A stretch of 64,000 bases of DNA from Candidatus Kuenenbacteria bacterium HGW-Kuenenbacteria-1 (GTDB lineage Bacteria; Patescibacteriota; Patescibacteriia; UBA2591; PGYQ01): the NCBI GenBank assembly GCA_002839745.1, contig PGYQ01000002.1, forward strand, positions 21,515-85,514, read 5' to 3'. Both the position numbers and the translations under genes were made by a program. Positions within the stretch are counted from its first letter, which is position 1. Every line of letters begins with the position of its first letter. Shown piece by piece: positions 38,876 to 49,100 of this stretch. The notes under the pieces were generated by a model. It saw nothing but the letters and a program-made list of their open reading frames with translations. It did not search any database and was not told the origin of the DNA.

Positions 38876-41206
38876 TTATAAATTAGATGAATAAGATAAA
38901 GATTTTATATAATTTTCCATAAATTCCCAATCAGGTTTTTCATTTTTTGATGGGAGTTTTATAATCCTTTCTTTTAATCTTGTTTGACTAGCTTTTATTC
39001 CATAATTATATCGATATTGTTCCATATTTAAAATTGTTGTTAAAAATAAACCAATATATTTATTCAACTCAAATTTTGGTATTAATTTTTCTACATGATC
39101 ACTTGCTGAAAATCTTTTTTCTTGAAATGAACAATATCCTATAACAGCACTATCAATAGTTAAAATGTTCCCTTCTTCTGTAAAAAAATCATAAAAACCT
39201 CTCACTCCATTATTAGTTGCTTGTGTAGTAATAAAAGGATATTCTCCTTTTCCATATTCTTCTAAATCTAAAATGGAAGTTGTTTTACTTCCAGTAATTT
39301 CAAACAAATCTATTAAATTAAAATTTTTCCAATTTTTTATATTTAATTTAATATTTTCATTTTTTGAAATACTAGATTTTAAAATATTTTTATTAATAAA
39401 AATATTATTTGCTATTTCAAAGGCTAAATAATTACGAACATCTTTCTCAAAATCCTCTTTTGAAATATTTGAATAATCCGTCTCCATATAAGCTTCGGCA
39501 CACCATTCGTCGTTTGCTTTTACGACTTTATTTACACTAAGCCCTGCAATATTTTCGTGATTTTGAAAATTTACTATCCATTCTTTTTTTATTTTATTTT
39601 TAAAATTTTCAAATAAATCAATTCTTCCTTTATTTTTTCTTTTTACAAAACCATCGTTTTTATAATATCCAAAATAAGTTTTCTTTTCTGCAGGATGAGG
39701 TCTCTTTGCTGTAAAAACCATAATACAAGAAACAACATTTACTTTTGAATTAAAAAATAATTCATCTGGCATTGAAAAAACTGCTTCCAGAGTATGCTTC
39801 TCTAAAACTTTTTCTTTCCATTCATAAACTTTTCCTGTTTGAGCTAATGCACTTTGCATCGGAACAATTGCAACACATTTTCCTCCTTGTTCTAAACAAT
39901 CCAAATTATTTAAAATAAATTCAAATTCATCTATATCATTTTTTTTATCTGATTTATAAGGAGGATTGAGCAAGCCGACTGTTGGTTTAGAATTTTTAAC
40001 TTGTTTAATAATTTTTTCATCAAAACAACTTCCGTGAAAAATATTTGTTTTTCCATCTTGATGTATAAACATATTTGAACAAGCAAGAGCAAAAATATCT
40101 GCTTGATATTCAACACCAATTAATTGTTTTGTTTTTATTTCTTTTTCTTTTTCTTTATCACCTTTTGCATCTTTAATCATTAAATTCATAGATGACACAA
40201 GAAAACCACCAGTTCCAGTGCAATTATCATAAACAATACTATCTTTATTTACTTCAACAATTTCTGTCATAAATTCTGTGATATGCGGTGGAGTCAAAAC
40301 TATTCCTAAACCTTTATCACTATTTGCATATCGTAAAAATTCTACATAAAGTTGCCCAAGCACATCAAGATATTTATGATTTTTTATAAAATCTTTTATA
40401 TTTTCATTTATGTCTGTAATTATTTCAAGCAAAACATTGTGCTTATTTGAAAGACTTGTATCTGTTTTTATAAAAGAAAATTTTTGATCTAAAATAGCAA
40501 GTTTTTTTTCTCCAATTTTTCCGTTTTCAAATTCATTTCTAACAGTGGTTAATAAAAATTCTGATAATTGTTTTGGGTTAGTATAAGTTTTATATCCATC
40601 TTCAAAAGATTTATTTTCCAGAGCAATTAAAACACAAGAAAGTAATAATGCTCGATCGCTTTCTTTAACTTTATGCAAATGTAAATTATCATTAAGTTTT
40701 TTTGAAAAATCTAAAAGATTATTAAAATCTTGCCGAAACTTTTCAGGACTTTTTATATAACCTTCTAAATAATCTTTCGCTAATAATAATTTATTTGAAA
40801 AAATTTCAACAGAATTTTTTTCTCCTTTCATTTGTAAAAAATGTGAGACTTTTAATTCTTTAATATCAGCACCACTAACCGCAATTGAAATCACATCATA
40901 ATCTTTTGCTAAATAAGATGAATATAACAAAACTCCATCAACAGCATAATCTTTTGCTTCTTTTTTTGTTTCACTTTGATGTTTTAAAATATCAAATTTA
41001 CATTCAACAACAATTAAAAGATCTGAATTATTTTTGTACTGAATAATAAATTCCGGAAAACCTTTTCCGTTTCCACTTTTAGAGGCAGTATTTAATAATT
41101 TTTGAATTTTCAAATTTTTAGAAGATTGTTCTTCCAAAATAATATCATCCGAATATTTTTTAAAATGGTCTCTAACAATATTTTCTGTATCTCTTTCGTT
41201 TTTCAT
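38876..41206 (-). CDS. single-chain Type IIG-like restriction-modification enzyme: N-terminal PD-(D/E)xK nuclease, gamma-class N6-adenine methyltransferase, C-terminal HsdS-like target recognition domain
   Basis: DLLIVVECKFD nuclease-like motif near the N-terminus. NPPY methylase motif (LLNPPYKSD). The C-terminal about 190 aa resembles a Type I S-subunit target recognition domain (TRD). Confidence 0.6.
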   Translation of the reverse strand: MKNERDTENIVRDHFKKYSDDIILEEQSSKNLKIQKLLNTASKSGNGKGFPEFIIQYKNNSDLLIVVECKFDILKHQSETKKEAKDYAVDGVLLYSSYLAKDYDVISIAVSGADIKELKVSHFLQMKGEKNSVEIFSNKLLLAKDYLEGYIKSPEKFRQDFNNLLDFSKKLNDNLHLHKVKESDRALLLSCVLIALENKSFEDGYKTYTNPKQLSEFLLTTVRNEFENGKIGEKKLAILDQKFSFIKTDTSLSNKHNVLLEIITDINENIKDFIKNHKYLDVLGQLYVEFLRYANSDKGLGIVLTPPHITEFMTEIVEVNKDSIVYDNCTGTGGFLVSSMNLMIKDAKGDKEKEKEIKTKQLIGVEYQADIFALACSNMFIHQDGKTNIFHGSCFDEKIIKQVKNSKPTVGLLNPPYKSDKKNDIDEFEFILNNLDCLEQGGKCVAIVPMQSALAQTGKVYEWKEKVLEKHTLEAVFSMPDELFFNSKVNVVSCIMVFTAKRPHPAEKKTYFGYYKNDGFVKRKNKGRIDLFENFKNKIKKEWIVNFQNHENIAGLSVNKVVKANDEWCAEAYMETDYSNISKEDFEKDVRNYLAFEIANNIFINKNILKSSISKNENIKLNIKNWKNFNLIDLFEITGSKTTSILDLEEYGKGEYPFITTQATNNGVRGFYDFFTEEGNILTIDSAVIGYCSFQEKRFSASDHVEKLIPKFELNKYIGLFLTTILNMEQYRYNYGIKASQTRLKERIIKLPSKNEKPDWEFMENYIKSLSYSSNL

Positions 41207-41240
41207 ATGATTGTTTTTTATAGTTAAAAACTTCTATATT

Positions 41241-41431
41241 GATTATTTTACATCAAATTTTTAATAAAGGCAAAAAGAGTTTTGTGTTTTCAAAGGGGCT
41301 TATTATGGCTAAATTTAATTTATTGGTTTGAAAAATTTCTTTTGCCAAATAAAATCCGTATCATCTGTTTCTAAAAGTAAATTTCCTTTTAAGTATTCTT
41401 TAATTTTATTTAATTCTACTTTTGACACTTT
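41241..41431. repeat. about 190-bp duplicate of the 3' end of the M16 peptidase gene (copy of 43919-44110)
   Basis: Near-identical apart from one 4-bp indel (TTAC). Confidence 0.8.
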
Positions 41432-41445
41432 AATGTTTATTGTGA

Positions 41446-42188
41446 CTAACGATATGTTATGGTGTATAATCCTAATATATATTCTATATGATCATCTATT
41501 AAATTAAAAAAAACAATTAATATATCTGTAGTTGTTGTTTTATATTCATCTCGATTATTTTTTAAACGCACTATATCGCTAAATCTAGTCACAACATCAT
41601 TAGGCATTCTATTTTTAATCTCATCCAAAATATCTTGACCTGTCACACAAGTTTTATAGAGAGCTTGAACAGTTAGCTTTGTAATAATAATTGCGAGATG
41701 TAAAACTCTTTCCAAAACATCAGCGTTTAAATTTTCTCTTGTCATTATTCTCATATATATATTGTAAAGATTTCCTACCTCTTTAAGGCTAAATTCCTTG
41801 ATTTGCGATTCTGAAAATTTTGGCAAGAGATTATTGTGATCGTCACATCCAAAAATTTGCTGATATCCCAAATTTACCTCTATAATTGACTGAATAATTT
41901 TGCCATCAATGGTTAATAAATTAGGATTTTCTGCATTCAAAAAATTTTTACTAATAACGACGCCACTAATCTTCAAGGCGTAATTATTTATAAGCTCATT
42001 AAAACAGCTGTTTATTTTATGTTTCTCGCCATAATTAATATTGTAAACAACAAGCACGAAGTCTATATCACTATCAATAGAAATATCTTTTCCGACACCA
42101 TAACTGCCAGCACCTATAGTATACGCAAAATTTTCACCTAATTTTTTTTAATGCGAGCAGATAGCTCCGCAAAATTTCCATCAAACAT
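41446..42188 (-). CDS. Pol-beta superfamily nucleotidyltransferase (KNTase/ANT(4')-like size and layout). Frame changes in a homopolymer run at 42142-42149.
   Basis: ATG at 42188 gives MFDGNFAELSARIKKN*. The other frame continues KKLGENFAYTIGAGSYGVGKDISIDSDIDFVLVV (GS..G...DxD NTase motif) into the listed ORF 41446-42057. Confidence 0.5.
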
Positions 42189-42195
42189 AATTTAT

Positions 42196-43545
42196 TTACT
42201 TAAAAATTTTGGCAATCATTTTTTTCTCATCTTCAAATGAACACAGTTTTATTGCTTCATTTGGAGAGACAAGAAAAGCATCGATAAAGCCTTCGGCTAT
42301 CAGCGCCTTAAGTTTAATTTTCTTACCTTCTATAAGATATGTGCTAACCGTTTTGTTGTGAGTTGCAAAACCATATTCGGGAGTAAAGGTGTAAGAATAT
42401 TCACCGATTTTTCCTTTTACAATTCCACTTTTAAGTCCTGCTTCCTCTTTAACTTCTCGCAAAGCAGCGTCGCTAGATTTTTCTCCATAATTAACATGAC
42501 CTTTGGGTAAAAAAATACGTCCATTAGTTTTTTTAATTAAAAGAATTTTTGCACCCTCTTTATTTTTAAAATAAACAACAGCACTAGCTGATAAATGGTT
42601 AATAACCCTCTTTTGTTCCACCGCAACAGCATGTTTAACTAACTCAACTATTTGCGAGGGAGTTTGAAATGTAATGAAGTAAGATGATACCTTTTGCAAA
42701 ATTTGGTCTGTACAGGCTCTCCTGCTCAAAGCCAATCGCTTACAATCCTTCTCTATATTAAAAATTTCCGTACTATCTGTTCTTTTGATCCAACTAGCAC
42801 GATCATATTTAGGATAAAGAAATTTTGCCATATGTGAAAAGGCCAAAATATCAAGATTTGCTCTTGCCTTATTTTCTGATAAACGAACTACTTTTGGTTC
42901 TGCCTTTAGGCTGAATCTGGGATAAACAATCATTGAAAGTTGTGCCTCTAAACTTGATTTTATACCAAAATCACCCAAAGAATAAAGTCCGCGACATTTA
43001 GGATTACTATTAATTAAAATCCCACGGTTGTTAAGATCTACTAAATATTCATCACGTATATGTATCGAAAGAGTCGAGAAATCAAGTATGGCATTACTGG
43101 CAACATCATATACACTAAACTCATCACTTACATACTCATTACTTTTTAAACCCAGTTCTATAGAGGCCGTTGTCTTGCCAACATTTGTTCCATCATCACC
43201 AAATAATATAGCTTTACTCTCACACCATATGGCCGTTGAGGCATGCAAAAGAAGTTGAGGTTTATCAACAGATAAGAAATCTGCAAATCTAAATATGATT
43301 TGCATTATCATAATAGGCAAAAGATGGTCGGAACAATTATCGAGTGCTGGTCCAGCCACCACAACAGATCGACTTTTTACATTAATTATTATGGACTTTT
43401 CTTTTGCCCTCTTAAAAATAATTACTCCATCACTTTTTTCAACTGGCACAATTTTAAAAGACTTCAATATATTATTAATGACTTTTGATTCTTTTTTAAT
43501 ATCAATCTTTAAAATCACCAAACCGATTTGTATATATTTAATCAT
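42196..43545 (-). CDS. two-domain protein: HprK-like P-loop kinase/phosphorylase domain plus C-terminal NUDIX hydrolase
   Basis: LLLHASTAIWCESKAILFGDDGTNVGKTTASIELG resembles the HprK C-domain P-loop (GDSGVGKSETALEL). Nudix box GHVNYGEKSSDAALREVKEEAGL. Confidence 0.55.
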   Translation of the reverse strand: MIKYIQIGLVILKIDIKKESKVINNILKSFKIVPVEKSDGVIIFKRAKEKSIIINVKSRSVVVAGPALDNCSDHLLPIMIMQIIFRFADFLSVDKPQLLLHASTAIWCESKAILFGDDGTNVGKTTASIELGLKSNEYVSDEFSVYDVASNAILDFSTLSIHIRDEYLVDLNNRGILINSNPKCRGLYSLGDFGIKSSLEAQLSMIVYPRFSLKAEPKVVRLSENKARANLDILAFSHMAKFLYPKYDRASWIKRTDSTEIFNIEKDCKRLALSRRACTDQILQKVSSYFITFQTPSQIVELVKHAVAVEQKRVINHLSASAVVYFKNKEGAKILLIKKTNGRIFLPKGHVNYGEKSSDAALREVKEEAGLKSGIVKGKIGEYSYTFTPEYGFATHNKTVSTYLIEGKKIKLKALIAEGFIDAFLVSPNEAIKLCSFEDEKKMIAKIFK

Positions 43546-43666
43546 ATAAATTGTAGAAGTTTTTAATGTTTTAAGGCTAAAAAAATTTTACAAATATATT
43601 TTCTTTTTATAAAATTATTCGAATAGTTGATATTAATTTTAAGTTATCAAAAAAAAGTTAGGGGGC

Positions 43667-43745
43667 GGTGCAGGTCGATGATTAGTCGACCTGCACCGTT
43701 AAAACAAGAGGGATTCGAACCTGCCAAGGTTTTCGCACAGACTTT
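43667..43745. other. perfect 12-bp-stem GC-rich hairpin followed by a degenerate tRNA T-arm-like fragment
   Basis: GGTGCAGGTCGA-tgattag-TCGACCTGCACC, then GAGGGATTCGAACCTGCC. Confidence 0.4.
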
Positions 43746-43860
43746 CAGACGAGTTATTAAAAATCGGTTTAATAATAAAATTTGCTATGTCGTGGCTAAC
43801 ATATATCTCTTCACACAAAGGAATAAGCGCGATTTCTATTTTTATTTTTTGCATATTATT

Positions 43861-43915
43861 TTAATAATTGTCAAAGAGGAAATATTAATTGTAAGCTGAT
43901 TTTTTTCTTGCATAA
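43861..43915. repeat. 55-bp duplicate of the 5' end (first 17 codons plus start) of the AI-2E transporter gene (copy of 38810-38864)
   Basis: Exact 55-bp identity; directly abuts the intact 3' end of the peptidase gene. Confidence 0.85.
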
Positions 43916-43929
43916 TATTTATTATTACA

Positions 43930-45102
43930 TCAAATTTTTAATAAAGGCAAAAAGAGTTTTGTGTTTTCAAAGGGGCTTATTATGGCTAAATTTAATTTAT
44001 TGGTTTGAAAAATTTCTTTTGCCTTACAAATAAAATCCGTATCATCTGTTTCTAAAAGTAAATTTCCTTTTAAGTATTCTTTAATTTTATTTAATTCTAC
44101 TTTTGACACTTTAATATTTTTTAATTTCTTAAATTCACGCAAAATTATTTTTATTGCTTGATTAATTTTATTAATATTTAATCCAGCACTCACAACCAAA
44201 GCTCCTGTTTCATTATAATAATCAATGGAAGAATAAATATAATAAGCCAATCCCCTTTTTTCTCTAATTTCCATAAAAAGCCTTGAACTCATTGTCCCAC
44301 CTAAAATAACGCTTAAAACTTGATAGACTGTCTTTTGTGGATTATTATATGAAAGATAATCTGATTTTAAACTTAAACATAAATGCGCTTGATCAGTTTC
44401 TTTTTTATATAATAAAATCTGCGGTTTTTTTTGTTGATCTTCTACTTTTTTAAATTTTTTTATAGATTTATTTTTAATTTTATTAAATATTTTCTCTACT
44501 TCTATAATTACTTGTTCATGTTTTATATCCCCTGCCACACTAATTACCATATTTGAAGGTTGATATAAATCCTTTATATAATTTATAAAATCTTCTCTTT
44601 TAATTTTTTCTATAATCTTTTTTTCTCCTAAAGGATCAAACCCTAAATTCTGTTCTTTCCACATTAATTGTTGAATCAAAGTGGAAATATAAGACTGAGG
44701 ATTATCTAAATACATATTAATTTCCTCAAGAATTACTCCTTTTTCTTTTTCAATTTCTTCTGATTTAATCAGAGAATTTAAAACTAAATCTGAAAGAAAT
44801 TCAATACCTAATTTGAAATGCTTTTTTGGCACTTTGGTCCAAAAACCCGTGTGATCAATAGAAGTAAAAGCGTTAATTTGTCCACCAACTTTTTCAATTG
44901 TTTCTGAAATTTGTTTTGCATTTGGCCTTTTTTTTGTTCCCTTAAAAAACATATGCTCTAAAAAATGTGAAATGCCATTATTATTTTTATTTTCATATCT
45001 TGATCCAGCGCCAATTAAAATAATAGAAGCGACAGATTTCATTTCTGGCATTTCACTAGTAATAATTCTCAAACCATTTTTTAAAATTGTTTTTTTAAAC
45101 AT
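43930..45102 (-). CDS. M16-family zinc metallopeptidase (insulinase-like)
   Basis: Inverted zinc motif HFLEHMFFKGT (HxxEH). Confidence 0.75.
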   Translation of the reverse strand: MFKKTILKNGLRIITSEMPEMKSVASIILIGAGSRYENKNNNGISHFLEHMFFKGTKKRPNAKQISETIEKVGGQINAFTSIDHTGFWTKVPKKHFKLGIEFLSDLVLNSLIKSEEIEKEKGVILEEINMYLDNPQSYISTLIQQLMWKEQNLGFDPLGEKKIIEKIKREDFINYIKDLYQPSNMVISVAGDIKHEQVIIEVEKIFNKIKNKSIKKFKKVEDQQKKPQILLYKKETDQAHLCLSLKSDYLSYNNPQKTVYQVLSVILGGTMSSRLFMEIREKRGLAYYIYSSIDYYNETGALVVSAGLNINKINQAIKIILREFKKLKNIKVSKVELNKIKEYLKGNLLLETDDTDFICKAKEIFQTNKLNLAIISPFENTKLFLPLLKI

Positions 45103-45137
45103 ATTCTAATTATTAACCTAGTTTTAATCTATTCTTT

Positions 45138-46028
45138 CTAATGATTTAATAATATTGGTGCGACAACATCATTATTTTCCACTGGTTTTTTGATGCATTG
45201 ATAACCTGCATCATGAAACCATTGATCATTTGGATAATTATAATGTTCATCATGATTATTTTTATTTGAAGTTTTAAAATTAGCGCATAATTCATATGTA
45301 TCTTCTGAAATTATTTTATATTCAACTTTTTCTTTTGTTTTTGGATTTCGTATTTCATTCTCGCTTTGAATAAATCCACCTAATAATAATTCTTCAAAAT
45401 TTTCTGGCAATTTCTTTTTAGAAAAATAATAAGAATTTATCGCTCTTTTAATATTAAAAATTTTTTCTGCAACCATATAATCTTGTTTTTTATTTCTAGT
45501 TTCTTGTGGCGATTCAACAAAAAAAATGCTACTAATTAGCGTTGCTATAATAATTAACAATGCGCCATAAAAATAAATTTGAGAAATTTTACTTTTCGTT
45601 TTTTCAACGATTTTCCGTTTAATATCATAAAAATAATAAGAAAAAACAATTCCTGAAATAATAATGGCTGTTATGGTTTTCAAAATAAATTTAATAGATA
45701 ATTCACCATTTAAAAAATTAAAAATCAATGAAATTAAATAACCAATTATTACCACCGAAGAAGCAAACAAAATAAAATAGGTTAACCATTTTCTAATGCC
45801 AGAATTTTTATCTAACAAACCTAAAAATAAATTTTTATTAATTTGCCAAGTCATAATAAAAAAAATTGGCACGCAGACAATAATTGCTGAAATGGCAAGT
45901 TTAAGAGCATCTATATCGTATTCGCTATTAAAACTTTCAGTTATATCAACAATATTTTTATTAATAATTTGAAAAATAATTATTCCGATTGATGTAGCCG
46001 TAAAACCTAAAGCCACTAAAGACAACAT
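45138..46028 (-). CDS. hypothetical polytopic membrane protein with Cys-containing C-terminal soluble domain
   Basis: ORF with multiple TM helices. Confidence 0.3.
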   Translation of the reverse strand: MLSLVALGFTATSIGIIIFQIINKNIVDITESFNSEYDIDALKLAISAIIVCVPIFFIMTWQINKNLFLGLLDKNSGIRKWLTYFILFASSVVIIGYLISLIFNFLNGELSIKFILKTITAIIISGIVFSYYFYDIKRKIVEKTKSKISQIYFYGALLIIIATLISSIFFVESPQETRNKKQDYMVAEKIFNIKRAINSYYFSKKKLPENFEELLLGGFIQSENEIRNPKTKEKVEYKIISEDTYELCANFKTSNKNNHDEHYNYPNDQWFHDAGYQCIKKPVENNDVVAPILLNH

Positions 46029-46155
46029 ATAAAAAAAGTAAATTTTGCTGAATTGCTTTCTTTTTTTATTAAATCATTTTTTTCTTCCATAAAATTTTAT
46101 AAATTTCTATGAGTACTATATTGACCTATAGTAAATTAAAAATTAAAACTTAAAA

Positions 46156-49100
46156 TTATTTTATTTTATATTCTTTTCTATCATAAAATTCTTCTTGTTT
46201 ACCTTCATGCCATTGTTGTATTGGTCTAATATAACCAGTAACTCGGGAATATACTTCACAATTTTTATTACATTGCGGACACTTAAAATGTTCTCCTGCA
46301 ATATAACCATGGTCAGGACAAACACTGAAAGTTGGAGTAATGGTAAAATATGGCAAATGATAATTTTCAGCAATTCGTTTAACTAATTGCTTAGTTGCTT
46401 CAACTGATGGCATTTTTTCTCCAATAAATCCATGAAAAACCGTTCCTCCTGAATATTTACATTGTAATTCATCTTGAAAATCTAAAGCTTCAAAAATATC
46501 ATCTGTATAATTTACTGGCAAATGGCTAGAATTGGTATAATAAAAAGCTTTTTCTCCTGCAGTAATTATTTTTGGATATTTTTTTTTGTCAATTTTAGCC
46601 AAACGATAAGAAGTTCCTTCAGCAGGGACTGCTTCTAAATTGTAAATATTTCCTGTTTCATTTTGAATTTCTTTCAATTTTTCTCGCATAAAATCTAAAA
46701 TTTCTAAAGCAAATTCTCTCCCCTCTTTACTGGCTATGTCTTTATTTTTGCCTAAAAAATTTAAACAAGCCTCATTAATTCCCAAAGGTCCAATGGTAGA
46801 AAAATGATGATCTAAATTTCCTAAATATCTTTTAGTATAAGGAAATAATCCATTATTTAAATTATGAGTAACTACTTTTCTTTTAATTTCTAAAGATTCT
46901 TTTGCTAAATCCATTTGTTTGGCTAATCGATCAAAAAAATCTTTTTTATCTTTTGCTAAATAACCAATGCGAGGCATATTAATAGTCACAACTCCCACCG
47001 AACCAGTTGATTCGCCAGAACCAAAAAGTCCACCTGTCTTTGCTCTTAATTGATTAAGATTCATTTGTAATCTACAACACATTGATCGAACATCGGTTGG
47101 TTTTAATTCACTATTTATAAAATTTTGGAAATATGGTATTCCATATTTGGCTGTCATTTCAAAAAGTAAATTTGTATTTGAAGTATCCCAATTAAAATCT
47201 TTAGTAATATTATATGTAGGAATTGGAAATGTAAAAACCCTCCCTTTATTATCCCCTTCTGTGGCTACTTCTATAAAAGCCCTATTTATCATATCCATTT
47301 CTTTTTGATAATCCTCATAAGTAGTTTCTTGTAATTTGCCACCAATAATTACTGGATCGTTTTTTAAATCTTCCGGCACAGTCCAATCAAAGGTTAAATT
47401 AGTAAATGGCGTATTCCCTGTTATAAAAGTTTTTCCATTTCTTCTTGCAATAAAAGTGCCATTTAAAGTAGTTGGACACCAAACTTTTCCTTTGTATTTT
47501 TTCTTTGAAATTTGAGTTATTGAAGTTATATTATTTCTAATAATATTTATAACGTAAACGCCATTTTCTCTTTGTTTAATGGTTGTTCCATAATTAGACA
47601 AAACGCATAATTCTTGTAAATCATTTTTATTTTTTTCATCTTTTGTAAATATTCTTATCCTACCTTTAAACTCTCGATGACCATCACCTTTAATATAAGT
47701 ATGAATAAAAAGTTGGATTTGATCAGCGGAAAGTGTTTTAATTAAAGAAGGTATTTCTTTTTTATTTATTATTTTTCGAATTTTTTTTGAAGATTCTTGA
47801 TTTAATCTAAATCTTAAAATTATTCCACTATTTAAAAATCCACCATTTTTTTTCATTTCATCCCATTTAAAATTCAATTTTTTTAAACAGGTTCTTATTT
47901 CATTACAATTAGCTATATTTTTTTCTGATTGAAATATATAAACTCGATCTCTATCACCATCTGAAAAACTTCCTTCAGAAACAAACCAAGCAATTATTTT
48001 TAATAAATTTTCGTCTATTTCTTTTTTTGAAACAGTTATAGATGAATTGGGTATTAAAATTGGCGTTTTAAATTTTAAAGCTTTTTCAATTTCTAATAAT
48101 TCAAACTCGCCATTATTAAATATTTTTCTGACAATTTTGTGACCAGGTGTTATTAATTGATCTTGTGTTCTATTTTTTAAATTAAATAAATAACCATTAT
48201 AATCATAAGAACAAACTCTTTCTGGTTTTAAATATTCAATTATTTTTTTTTCTAAATTAAAAGTTGCTATCTTATCTTCTTTTTTAATCTCTAAATATTT
48301 TTTCCATCCATTATCTGTTAATGCTTCTGTGTCTTCACTAACACATTGAGTCCCCCATCTAGAAGGTGCGGCAATATTAAACATAAATTTTTGAATATTT
48401 TGTTTTACTTCTTTATAAGTTAAATGATCCGCTCGCACAAATGGAGCTAAATAAGTATCAAAAGAACTAAAGGCTTGAGCCCCAGCCCATTCATTTTGTA
48501 AAATTCCCCAAAAATTTACCATTTGTCCCAAAACTGTTTCTAAATGTTTGGGTGGCGCGCATTCAATTCGATTTTCAACACCTCCCAATCCTTGCAAAAG
48601 TAATTGTCGTAAACTCCAACCAGCACAATAAGCATTTAAACCCATTGATAAATCATGAAGATGTATATCTCCCTCTTTATGAGCTTGAGCAATTTTTGCT
48701 GGATAAACATTTTCTAAAAGATAATTAGCAATAACGGACCCAGAAATATGAAGCATCAATCCTCCAAACGAATAACCAATATTGGCATTTTCTTTTACTC
48801 TCCAATCTTCTTGTTTTAAATAACCATCCATAATTTTTTCAATATCCATCATTACTCCGCCCATTTCACGCACTTTTTCTTGCTGTTTTCTATATAAAAT
48901 ATAAGCCTTTGCCACTTCAACCAAACCAGCTTTAATTAAAACCTTTTCAACAATGTCTTGGATTTCTTCAACAGTGGGAATATTTTTTGAATCAAATTGA
49001 TATTCAAGAATGGTTAATACCTTATCAGATAATTTTTTTGACTTTTTTCCATCTTTTCCTTCAATAGCAACAATGGCCTTATAAATGGCTTGAGTAATTT

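Noticed and set aside
43627-43899. 90-aa ORF in the intergenic region between the Nudix gene and the peptidase
   Set aside because: It spans the 12-bp hairpin, the tRNA-like remnant and the duplicated transporter fragment. It has no domain signal and its composition is that of noncoding sequence
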